Assembly: GCA_040902655.1 (NCBI GenBank)
Contig: JBBDWV010000049.1
Location: 20,926 to 84,925 of the forward strand
Direction of reading: 5' to 3'
From: Mycobacteriales bacterium
Lineage (GTDB): Bacteria; Actinomycetota; Actinomycetes; Mycobacteriales; SCTD01
DNA length: 64,000 bases
Shown here: positions 56,434 to 64,000 of the stretch, in pieces
How the letters are laid out: each line of letters begins with the position of its first letter
How positions within the stretch are numbered: position 1 is the first letter of the stretch
Notes under the pieces: generated by a model
What the model saw: only the letters and a program-made list of their open reading frames with translations
The model's database searches: none
What the model was told of the DNA's origin: nothing
Program-made: the position numbers and the translations under genes

Positions 56434-58203
56434 TCAGCCTTCGGCGGCCTCGTACAGCTCCAGCCAGCTGTCCTCGAGTGCCGCCTTGTCGGCCTGCACC
56501 GCCCGCAGCTGCTCGTCCAGCGCCGCGACCGCCTGGAAGTCGGTTGCCTGGGCGGCCAGCTGCGCCTCGAGCTCCGCCGAGCGCTTGTCGAGCCGACCGA
56601 TCTCGCGCTCGACGCGGGACAGCTCCTTCCTGGCCGCCCGCGGGTCACCGGCGCCGCCGCTCCTGGACTTCGGCGCCGTGGCCGGGGCCGACTTCACCCG
56701 CTTGACGAGGTACTCCTCCACGCCGCCCGGCAGCGCCGCCACGCTGCCGTCGCCCATCAGCGAGGCGGTCACGGTGGTGACCCGCTCGAGGAAGTAGCGG
56801 TCGTGGCTGACCACGATCAGCGTCCCGGGCCAGCCGTCGAGCAGGTCCTCGAGCGCGTTGAGGGTGTCGATGTCGAGGTCGTTGGTCGGCTCGTCGAGCA
56901 GGATCACGTTGGGCTCGCCCATGAGCAGCCGCAGGATCTGCAGCCGCCGCCGTTCCCCGCCGGACAGGTCGCCGACGCGGGTCCATTGGGCGTTCCCCGT
57001 GAAGCCGAAGCGGTCCGCCAGCGACGAGGCACCGATCGTCTTGCCCCCACCGAGGTCGACGACCTTGGCGACCTGCTCGACCGCCTCGAGCACCCGCAGG
57101 GACGGGTCGAGCTCAGCCACCTCCTGGGACAGGTAGGCCGGCTTGACCGTCTGGCCGACGACCACCCGGCCGCTGTCGGGCGGCTGCTGGCCGACCAGCA
57201 GCCGGAGCAGCGTGGACTTGCCCGCGCCGTTCACCCCGACGATGCCGACCCGGTCGCCCGGGCCGATGTTCCAGTCGACACCCTCGAGGAGCACCTTCTT
57301 GCCGAAGGCCAGCGAGACGCCGTGCAGCTCGTACACCGTCTTGCCGAGGCGCGCGGCGGAGAACCGCTGCAGCGCGATGTCGTCGCGGGCCGGCGGCTCG
57401 TCGGCGATCAGAGCGTTGGCCGCGTCGATCCGGAACTGCGGCTTGCTGGTACGGGCGGGCGGGCCACGCCGCAGCCAGGCCAGCTCCTTCTTCACCAGCT
57501 GCAGGCGCTTCTGCTCGGCGGTCGAGGCCATCCGGTCCCGCTCGGCGCGGGCCAGGACGTACGCGGAGTAGCCGCCGTCGTAGGAGTCGACGACTCCGTC
57601 GTGCACCTCCCACGTGGTGGTGTTGACCTCGTCGAGGAACCAGCGGTCGTGCGTGACGACGAGGTGGGCCTGGCTCGAGGACCGACCCTTCAGGTGGTTC
57701 GCCAGCCAGGCGACACCCTCGACGTCGAGGTGGTTGGTCGGCTCGTCGAGCACGAGCAGGTCCCACTCCTGCACCAGGAGCGCGGCCAGCGCCACCCTGC
57801 GGCGCTCACCGCCGGACATCGTGCCGATCACGCTGTCCAGGCCGATGTCGTGCAGCCCCAGGCCGTCCAGCACCTCGCGCACCCGGGCGTCGCCGGCCCA
57901 GGTGTGCTCCGCGGTGGCGCCGAGGATCGCCGCGTGGGCGGTGAGCGCGGTGTCCACCCGGACGTCCTGCGTCAGCACGCCGACCTGCAGGCCGCTGGTA
58001 TGGGTGACCCGCCCGGAGTGCGGCTCCTCGGCCCGGAACAGCGTCTTCAGCAACGTCGTCTTCCCGCCGCCGTTGCGGCCGACGACACCGATCCGGTCCC
58101 CCTCGGCGACACCGAGCGACACCGCATCCAGAAGCAGCCGGGTGCCGTGGGCGACGGTGACGTTCTCCAGGTTGACGAGGTTGCGCGACGCGGGACCGGC
58201 CAT
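56434..58203 (-). CDS. ABC-F family ATPase (two ABC domains plus C-terminal coiled coil, Uup-like)
   Basis: Two Walker A motifs (GRNGGGKTT, GVNGAGKST) and two signatures (MSGGERRR, LSGGERRR). No TM segment. Coiled-coil tail. Confidence 0.9.
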   Translation of the reverse strand: MAGPASRNLVNLENVTVAHGTRLLLDAVSLGVAEGDRIGVVGRNGGGKTTLLKTLFRAEEPHSGRVTHTSGLQVGVLTQDVRVDTALTAHAAILGATAEHTWAGDARVREVLDGLGLHDIGLDSVIGTMSGGERRRVALAALLVQEWDLLVLDEPTNHLDVEGVAWLANHLKGRSSSQAHLVVTHDRWFLDEVNTTTWEVHDGVVDSYDGGYSAYVLARAERDRMASTAEQKRLQLVKKELAWLRRGPPARTSKPQFRIDAANALIADEPPARDDIALQRFSAARLGKTVYELHGVSLAFGKKVLLEGVDWNIGPGDRVGIVGVNGAGKSTLLRLLVGQQPPDSGRVVVGQTVKPAYLSQEVAELDPSLRVLEAVEQVAKVVDLGGGKTIGASSLADRFGFTGNAQWTRVGDLSGGERRRLQILRLLMGEPNVILLDEPTNDLDIDTLNALEDLLDGWPGTLIVVSHDRYFLERVTTVTASLMGDGSVAALPGGVEEYLVKRVKSAPATAPKSRSGGAGDPRAARKELSRVEREIGRLDKRSAELEAQLAAQATDFQAVAALDEQLRAVQADKAALEDSWLELYEAAEG

Positions 58204-59129
58204 CAGGCGGCCGCCACCACACGCGCGCCGGTGACCGGCCCGTCGGCCCGGCGCACGGCCGCGCAGACGTCGTGACCGTCGAGCGCCGAGGCCAGCGCGA
58301 CGGCGTGTCCGTCGTCGCGGGCGAGCAGCGCGACCGTTGGCCCGGAGCCGGACACGACGACGCCGAGCGCACCGAGGTCGCGGCCGGTGTCCAGCAACTG
58401 CCGCAGTGACGGCTGCAGGACCAGCGCCGCCGCCTGCAGATCGTTGTCGAGGGCCCGCCCGAGGGCCACGGCGTCTCCCTGGCGCAGCGCCGCCAGCACG
58501 TGGGCCGGGTCCCGGACGATCCCGACCGGCCCGGTCTCGCGCTGGCGGTCGAGCTGGCCGTACACGGCGGGGGTGGACAGGCCGCCCTCGGACAGCGCGA
58601 GCACCCAGGAGTAGCTGCCCTGGCCGAGCACGGCGGTCAGCCGCTCACCGCGGCCGGTGCCGAGCGCGGTGCCGCCGTGCAGCGAGAAGGGCACGTCGCT
58701 GCCGAGCTGGGCACCGAGCACGGCCAGCTCGTCCTTGGGCAGCGCCGTCCCCCACAGCGCGTCGCAGCCCACGAGGGCGGCTGCGGCGTCGGCCGAGCCA
58801 CCTGCGCAGCCACCGGCGACGGGGATGCCCTTGTGGATGCGCACCTCCAGGGTCGGCTCGTGGCCGGTGTGACCGGCGATCAGGTGGATGGCGCGGACGG
58901 CCAGGTTGCTCCCGTCGAGCGGCACGAGCCCGGCCCCCTCCCCCGTGACGGTCACGGTGAGGCGGTCGGCCCGGACCAGCTCGACGTCGTCGTACAGCCC
59001 GACGGCGTGGAAGACGGTGGTGAGGTCGTGGAAGCCGTCCGGCCGGCGCCGGCCGACCGACAGGTGCAGGTTGATCTTGCCCGGCGCGCGCACCGTGACG
59101 CGGTCGTGCGTACGGCGGGAAGACAGCAC
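58203..59129 (-). CDS. ispE: 4-diphosphocytidyl-2-C-methyl-D-erythritol kinase
   Basis: APGKINLHLSVG, and the GHMP motif IPVAGGCAGGSADAAA. Confidence 0.92.
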   Translation of the reverse strand: MLSSRRTHDRVTVRAPGKINLHLSVGRRRPDGFHDLTTVFHAVGLYDDVELVRADRLTVTVTGEGAGLVPLDGSNLAVRAIHLIAGHTGHEPTLEVRIHKGIPVAGGCAGGSADAAAALVGCDALWGTALPKDELAVLGAQLGSDVPFSLHGGTALGTGRGERLTAVLGQGSYSWVLALSEGGLSTPAVYGQLDRQRETGPVGIVRDPAHVLAALRQGDAVALGRALDNDLQAAALVLQPSLRQLLDTGRDLGALGVVVSGSGPTVALLARDDGHAVALASALDGHDVCAAVRRADGPVTGARVVAAA

Positions 59130-59156
59130 AGGCTCCAGATCTCAGGACGGAAGGTC

Positions 59157-59993
59157 TCAGCTTACGGGGGTGCCGGCCAGGCGGGCGAAGTCGGCGACAC
59201 CGAGCACCTCGCCGCGGGCGCCGGGATCGATGCCGGCCGCCCGCAGCCGCGCCTCGGCGGCAGCGGCCGAACCGGCCCAGCCGGCCAGTGCGGCGCGCAG
59301 CGTCTTGCGGCGCTGCGCGAACGCCGCGTCGACGACGGCGAAGGTCGCTCGCCGGTCGCCCGCCGGCGGCTCCCGGCGGCGGAACGCGACCAGCCCGGAG
59401 TCGACGTGCGGCGCCGGCCAGAAGACGCTCCGGCCGACGGCGCCCGCCCGGCGCACCTCGGCGTACCAGGCCGCCTTCACCGACGGGATGCCGTACGTCC
59501 GGCTGCCCGGCGGTGCGACCAGCCGGTCGGCGACCTCGGCCTGCACCATCACCAGCCCGCTGCGCAGCGACGGCAGGTGCTCCAGCAGCCGCAGCAGGAC
59601 CGGGACGGCGACGTTGTAGGGCAGGTTCGCCACGAACGCGGTCGGCGCCGGGCCGGGCACCGCCTCCAGCGTCAGGGCGTCCTGCAGGACGACCTCGAGC
59701 CGGTCGGCCCGCTCCGGCAGCCGGGCGATGACCGTGTCGGCGAGCTCCCTCGCGAGGACCGGGTCGATCTCGACGGCCACGACGCGGTCGGCGACCTCGA
59801 GCAGCCCGAGCGTCAGCGAGCCGAGCCCCGGGCCGACCTCGACCACCACGTCGTCGACCCCGACACCGGCGACGCGCACCAGGCGCCGCACGGTGTTGGG
59901 GTCGATGACGAAGTTCTGCCCGAGGGTCTTGGTCGGGCGCAGGTCGAGCCGGTCGGCCAGCGCCCGTACGTCGGCGGCGGTGAGGAGAGCCAC
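59157..59993 (-). CDS. rsmA: 16S rRNA (adenine1518/1519-N6)-dimethyltransferase
   Basis: [39 protein letters not shown]. Confidence 0.93.
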   Translation of the reverse strand: MALLTAADVRALADRLDLRPTKTLGQNFVIDPNTVRRLVRVAGVGVDDVVVEVGPGLGSLTLGLLEVADRVVAVEIDPVLARELADTVIARLPERADRLEVVLQDALTLEAVPGPAPTAFVANLPYNVAVPVLLRLLEHLPSLRSGLVMVQAEVADRLVAPPGSRTYGIPSVKAAWYAEVRRAGAVGRSVFWPAPHVDSGLVAFRRREPPAGDRRATFAVVDAAFAQRRKTLRAALAGWAGSAAAAEARLRAAGIDPGARGEVLGVADFARLAGTPVS

Positions 59994-60002
59994 CAGGTAT
60001 GT

Positions 60003-61166
60003 CTAGCTGAACAGGTACTTCCCGCAGTGCGGCCACTGGCCGGCGCCCGAACGCTGGTAGAGCAGCTTGGCGCGATAGGTCTGCTCGCCGGCGGAGTTGT
60101 CGATCGGGTCGCCCGAGCCGCCGACGCCCCGCCAGGTCTCCATCGAGAACTGGTAGAGGCCGCGGTACTTGCCGGTCGGGTTCACCGCGCGGGGGTTGCC
60201 GCCGGACTCGCAGTCGGCCAGCGCCGGCCAGTTCAGGCCGTCGGCGCTGCCCGTGCCACGGCGGGCGCTACCGGTGGTCTGCGCCGGACGGGCCTTCGTG
60301 CCGACGGCGAGCACCCGCGTCACGGGTGCGGAGACCGTCGTGCTGGCGACCACGCTGCGCTTCTCCAGCTTGCCGTCGGCATGGACGGTCTCGACCGTGC
60401 GACGCACCATGCCCGGCTTGCCGGCCCGCAGCGTCCTGGTCTCTCCCTTCACCAGGTCGCCGTCCTCCCGGCGCTCGGTCTTGAACGCGACCGGCACCGT
60501 CTCGGTGGTGCGCGCGGTGCTGACGCGGGTGACCCGGATGACCATGTGGTGGGCCACCGGCGTGCTGCGGGTGTCGGAGATCCGGTCGTCGCCATCGAGC
60601 GAGATGCCCGCCTCCATGAGCGCGTCGCGCACGGTGGCCGCGGTGGTGGTGAGCGGCTGCACGGCGTTGTCCGCGAGGATCGAGATGTCCTTGGGCGTGG
60701 TCACCGCCAGGCGGAAGCCGTCGAGCGGCAGCTCGCGCGACCGGGAGGCCGACAGGGCCAGCGAGCCGTTCCGCAGCCCGATCTGGTCCAACGCCTCCTC
60801 GACCGAGCTGGCGGTCACCCAGACCGTGCGCTCCTTGCCGTCCACCACGAGGGTCAGCTCACGGGCCCGGCGCAGGGCGACCCGGTCACCGTCCTCGACC
60901 GGGGTGCCGGCAGCCGGCACGAGCACGTCACGCTCCCCGGCCTCGAGGCCGGCGGCGGCCAGCACGTCCTCCACGGTGCCGCCGCGGAAGTCGACCTCCT
61001 GCTCGGTGCCGTCGACGGACAGCAGGACGGTCGGACTGGTGGCGGACCAGGCGAATCCGGTCGCGAGCAGGGCGGCCAGGACCAGGCCGAGGACGAGCGG
61101 TACGAGAGGACGGCGCACGGCGGCGGCCAGCGCGGAGCGGGACAGGGTCAGGGGATGAGCAGGCAC
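60003..61166 (-). CDS. rpfB: resuscitation-promoting factor RpfB-like (DUF348 repeats, G5, Rpf transglycosylase domain)
   Basis: ORF trimmed to GTG 61166, with GGGAG 4 nt upstream. TM anchor, repeated V.V.VDG..... segments, a G5-like region, and the C-terminal WPALADCESGGNPRAVNPTGKYRGLYQF. Confidence 0.88.
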   Translation of the reverse strand: MPAHPLTLSRSALAAAVRRPLVPLVLGLVLAALLATGFAWSATSPTVLLSVDGTEQEVDFRGGTVEDVLAAAGLEAGERDVLVPAAGTPVEDGDRVALRRARELTLVVDGKERTVWVTASSVEEALDQIGLRNGSLALSASRSRELPLDGFRLAVTTPKDISILADNAVQPLTTTAATVRDALMEAGISLDGDDRISDTRSTPVAHHMVIRVTRVSTARTTETVPVAFKTERREDGDLVKGETRTLRAGKPGMVRRTVETVHADGKLEKRSVVASTTVSAPVTRVLAVGTKARPAQTTGSARRGTGSADGLNWPALADCESGGNPRAVNPTGKYRGLYQFSMETWRGVGGSGDPIDNSAGEQTYRAKLLYQRSGAGQWPHCGKYLFS

Positions 61167-61436
61167 GGGGCTCCCAGCAGCTTGCGGTCCGGGCACGCGG
61201 GGCTGCACGCGCTGTTCGGCCCCCCCCCGGGGGGGGGCGGGCCGAAGCGGTGCAACCGGACAGACCTCCACGATCCCGGCTTCTGTGCCGACGACGCTAG
61301 GTCGCGTTCTCGTGACGGCCAAACCTGTAGTGGGGGTTCGGGAGCTTCTACAACCCCTTTTCGCTGCCCGAGTGGGGGGAAAGACGCAGGTCAGCCCGGT
61401 TCTTGTGACGAAGTTGTGAAACCGGTCACCTCGGGC
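61167..61436 (-). promoter_or_regulatory. long (270 nt) structured leader/intergenic region upstream of rpfB
   Basis: Contains nested complementary C-rich/G-rich segments (GGGGTT..AACCCC, TCGGG..CCCGA) and a C9G9 palindromic hairpin 55-70 nt before the start codon. No ORF with coding character. Confidence 0.45.
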
Positions 61437-62264
61437 TCACAGTGCGAAGGCGCGCCGCCCGTTGTCGGCGATCGTGGCGCACAGCCGGTCGAGGTCCGCG
61501 CCCCTGGTCTGCGCCATCGAGCGCACCGTCAGCGGCACGAGGGAGGGGGAGTTGGGCCGTCCCCGGAACGGCATCGGCGTCAGGAACGGCGCGTCGGTCT
61601 CCACCAGCAGCAGCTCGGCCGGCGCCACCCGGACCGCCTCGCGCAGGCCGTCGTTGGCCTTGAAGGTGACCGGCCCGGCGAAGCTCATCCACCAGCCGTG
61701 GGTCGCGCAGGTGCGGGCCAGCGCGGCACCGCCGGAGAAGCAGTGGAAGACCACCCGGTCCGGTGCGCCCTCCGCCAGCAACACCCGGACCACGTCGTCG
61801 TGGGCGTCCCGGTCGTGGATCACCAGCGCCGTGCCGGTGCGCTTGGCGATGGCGATGTGCGCGCGGAAGGACTCCTCCTGCAGCCGGTGTCCCTGCTCGC
61901 TCTCGGTGCGGAAGTGGTCCAGCCCGGTCTCACCGACGGCCACCACCTGCGGGAGCGCCGCGAGCTGCTCGACCTCACGCAGCGCCTCGTCGGTGGCGGC
62001 GCCGCGGCCGGCTTCGTTCGGGTGGATGGCCACGGCCGCGTGCACGTCGGCGTACCGGCTCGCGATCTGCGCCGACCAGCGGCTGGACTGCAGGTCGACG
62101 CCGACCTGCACGACGGTGTCGATGCCGACGCTGCGCGCGGCGGCCAGCGCCTCGTCGACGTCGGTGTCCATCAGGTCGAGGTGGGCGTGGCTGTCCAGCA
62201 CCGGGACGGCCAGCGGCTCCGGCAGCGGCGGCGGCTCACCCGCGCGCCCGTGGCCCCGACTCAC
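61437..62264 (-). CDS. tatD: TatD-family metal-dependent hydrolase
   Basis: LDSHAHLDL, VGETGLDHF, and later IHDRDAHDD and ETDAPFLTP blocks. The GTG 62264 start could instead be GTG 62201 (VLDSHAH). Confidence 0.9.
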   Translation of the reverse strand: MSRGHGRAGEPPPLPEPLAVPVLDSHAHLDLMDTDVDEALAAARSVGIDTVVQVGVDLQSSRWSAQIASRYADVHAAVAIHPNEAGRGAATDEALREVEQLAALPQVVAVGETGLDHFRTESEQGHRLQEESFRAHIAIAKRTGTALVIHDRDAHDDVVRVLLAEGAPDRVVFHCFSGGAALARTCATHGWWMSFAGPVTFKANDGLREAVRVAPAELLLVETDAPFLTPMPFRGRPNSPSLVPLTVRSMAQTRGADLDRLCATIADNGRRAFAL

Positions 62265-62265
62265 G

Positions 62266-62319
62266 CCCTGCGTCCTGCTGAGGCACTGCGTCCTGCTGAG
62301 GCCCTGCGTCCTGCTGAGG
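62266..62319. repeat. 18-bp x3 tandem repeat (c[c/a]ctgcgtcctgctgagg) abutting the tatD start
   Basis: Read directly. Copies 1 and 3 are identical and copy 2 differs at one base. An inverted 10-nt partial copy (agcaggacgc) lies at 62341-62350. Confidence 0.9.
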
Positions 62320-62355
62320 GGACAGCCGTACGCGGGGTGGAGCAGGACGCTGGCG

Positions 62356-64000
62356 TCACGGAGCCTGAACCTCGGCCGCCGCGGCGAGGCGGGCCAGCTC
62401 CTCGTCCACCACCGACGGGTCCAGCTTGGCGAAGATCGGCGTCGGCGGGCCGATCGGCTGACCCACCTGGATCGGGCGGGACGCCCAGACCGCCGCGGTG
62501 GCGTAGTCCCCCCTCAGCACCGGGTAGCCGGGGCCGCCGTCGAGATCGTCGACCTCCACCAGCTGCGGCATCCCGGTCCAGGTCCCGTCGCGCCCGAGCA
62601 GCCGGTGCACCTCGTTCGCGCTCTCCGGCAGGAAAGGAGTGAGCAGTGCCTTGGCGTCGTCGACGAGCTGCAGCGCGACGTGCAGCACCGTGTCCCGCCT
62701 CGCCGGGTCGTCCTTGAGCTTCCACGGAGCCTGGTCGGACAGGTACTTGTTCGCCTCACCCACCACGCGCATGGCCTCGGTGATCGCGGCCTTCTGCTGG
62801 GATCGGTCCAGCAACGCACCGACCGCTCCGAACGCCTCCCGCGACGCCGCCAGGACCCGCTGGTCCTCGCCCAGCAGCTCGCCCGCCGGCGGGATCGCGC
62901 CGAGGTTCTTGTGCACCAGCGACAGCGACCGGTTGACCAGGTTGCCCCAGCCCGCGACCAGCTCGGTGTTGTTGCGGGTGACGAACTGCTCCCAGGTGAA
63001 GTCGGTGTCGCTGGACTCCGGGCCCGCGACCGACAGGTAGTAGCGCAGCGGGTCGGCGCCGTACCGCTCGAGCACGTCCCGCACGTAGATGACGACGCTC
63101 CGGGAAGAACTGAACTTGCGGCCCTCCATGGTGAGGAACTCGCTGCTCACCACCTCTGTCGGCAGCGCCAGCTCGCCGAGCGGTCCCGGCGTCCCCGCCG
63201 GCTTTCCGGACGCGCCGAGCAGGATCGCCGGCCAGATGACGGAGTGGAAGACGACGTTGTCCTTGCCCATGAAGTAGCGGGCATCGGCGCTGCCGTCCCA
63301 GAACGGCCGCCAGGCATCGGGATCGCCGGTACGCCGGGCCCACTCCACGCTCGCCGACAGGTAGCCGATGACCGCGTCGAACCAGACGTAGAGGCGCTTG
63401 TTCGCATTCTCCGCCCAGCCCGGCAGCGGGATCGGCACGCCCCAGTCCAGGTCGCGGCTGATCGCCCGCGGCTTGAGGTCGGCGATCAGATTGGCGCTGA
63501 ACTTCAAGACGTTCGGCCGCCAGCCGGTACGGGCCTGCAGCCACCCGCCGAGCGCCTCCGCGAAGGCCGGCAGCTCCAGGAAGAACTGCGCGCTCTCGAC
63601 GAAGATCGGCGGCTTGCCGTCGATCCTGCTGCGCGGGTTGACGAGGTCCGTGGAGTCGAGCTGGTGGCCGCAGTTGTCGCACTGGTCGCCGCGCGCGCCG
63701 TCGTAGCCGCAGAGCGGGCAGGTGCCCTCGACGTAGCGGTCCGGCAGTCCGCGGCCGGTGGACGGGTCGATCGCCGACAGCTGGGACCGCTCGACCACGT
63801 AGCCGTTCTCGTACAGGGAGGTGAACAGCGTCTGCACCACCGAGTAGTGGTTGCGCGTGGTGGTGCGGGTGAACAGGTCGTACGACAGGCCGAGCCCCTG
63901 CAGGTCCTCGGCGATCACGCGGTTGTAGCGGTCGGCGAGCTCGCGCGCCGTCACCCCCTCGCGGTCGGCCTGGACCTGGATCGGCGTGCCGTGCTCGTCG
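62356..64000 (-). CDS. metG: methionine--tRNA ligase (N-terminal part lies beyond window end)
   Basis: The frame continues upstream of the listed ORF (…[25 protein letters not shown]). Zn-knuckle [18 protein letters not shown], a KMSKS-equivalent FSSSRS, and an anticodon-binding helical domain. Confidence 0.93.
   Translation of the reverse strand, partial: DEHGTPIQVQADREGVTARELADRYNRVIAEDLQGLGLSYDLFTRTTTRNHYSVVQTLFTSLYENGYVVERSQLSAIDPSTGRGLPDRYVEGTCPLCGYDGARGDQCDNCGHQLDSTDLVNPRSRIDGKPPIFVESAQFFLELPAFAEALGGWLQARTGWRPNVLKFSANLIADLKPRAISRDLDWGVPIPLPGWAENANKRLYVWFDAVIGYLSASVEWARRTGDPDAWRPFWDGSADARYFMGKDNVVFHSVIWPAILLGASGKPAGTPGPLGELALPTEVVSSEFLTMEGRKFSSSRSVVIYVRDVLERYGADPLRYYLSVAGPESSDTDFTWEQFVTRNNTELVAGWGNLVNRSLSLVHKNLGAIPPAGELLGEDQRVLAASREAFGAVGALLDRSQQKAAITEAMRVVGEANKYLSDQAPWKLKDDPARRDTVLHVALQLVDDAKALLTPFLPESANEVHRLLGRDGTWTGMPQLVEVDDLDGGPGYPVLRGDYATAAVWASRPIQVGQPIGPPTPIFAKLDPSVVDEELARLAAAAEVQAP

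Noticed and set aside
58500-62642. Very long ORFs antisense to real genes. Examples: 58500..62642 (+, 1380 aa), 43031..46192 (+, 1053 aa), 55711..58275 (+, 854 aa), 10868..13273 (-, 801 aa), 40631..43030 (+, 799 aa), and many more in the track.
   Set aside because: - Their translations are Arg/Ala/Gly/Pro-rich low-complexity sequence with no recognisable motifs.
- They overlap, on the opposite strand, genes with unmistakable family signatures (rpfB, rsmA, ispE, mfd, ABC-F, AAA+/VWA).
- Long stop-free antisense frames are expected in DNA above 70% GC.

Overview
The window is a very high-GC (by eye above 70%) actinobacterial chromosome segment. It is densely coded, mostly on the minus strand. 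I support about 63 CDS, 2 tRNAs, and several repeats, hairpins and candidate regulatory sites. I found no rRNA, CRISPR array, transposase or integrase.

The backbone is housekeeping. From memory it is syntenic with two mycobacterial neighbourhoods:
- A DUF255 thioredoxin-like protein, mca, DUF4307, greA, metB, cbs, a GDSL lipase and a thiolase.
- ppx, DUF501, ftsB, eno, mazG, mfd, pth, rplY, prs, glmU, tRNA-Gln, a TetR regulator, ispE, rsmA, rpfB, tatD and metG.

Accessory material sits inside this backbone:
- 1-4230: a six-gene, start/stop-overlapping operon encoding a SodC-like protein, an ECF sigma factor, a zinc-motif multi-pass anti-sigma factor, an ABC ATPase and two tandem permease paralogs.
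- About 9963-24779, between greA and metB: a block holding a FIST protein, a ChlI-like AAA+/VWA pair, a membrane protein with an Ada-like zinc motif, and an eight-gene operon. That operon couples a Liv-type ABC importer to a three-subunit (split-beta) cobalt-type nitrile hydratase or thiocyanate hydrolase homolog, with no amidase or activator. The block ends with an anchored acidic secreted protein and an exported caspase-like protease.
- 32500-32576: a tRNA with anticodon UAA. It has a Leu-like D-arm and A73 but only a 5-nt variable loop.
- 36787-38644, between eno and mazG: an Arch_ATPase-like AAA ATPase plus a MOSC-like gene, preceded by an AT-rich palindrome.
- Small-scale structure: a long structured rpfB leader with a C9G9 palindrome, an 18-bp x3 repeat array upstream of tatD, and a 15-bp tandem repeat in front of a desaturase/TetR pair.

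All calls come from reading translations and motifs by eye. Start codons were chosen from overlaps, SD-like sequences and family N-termini, and may be off by a few codons.
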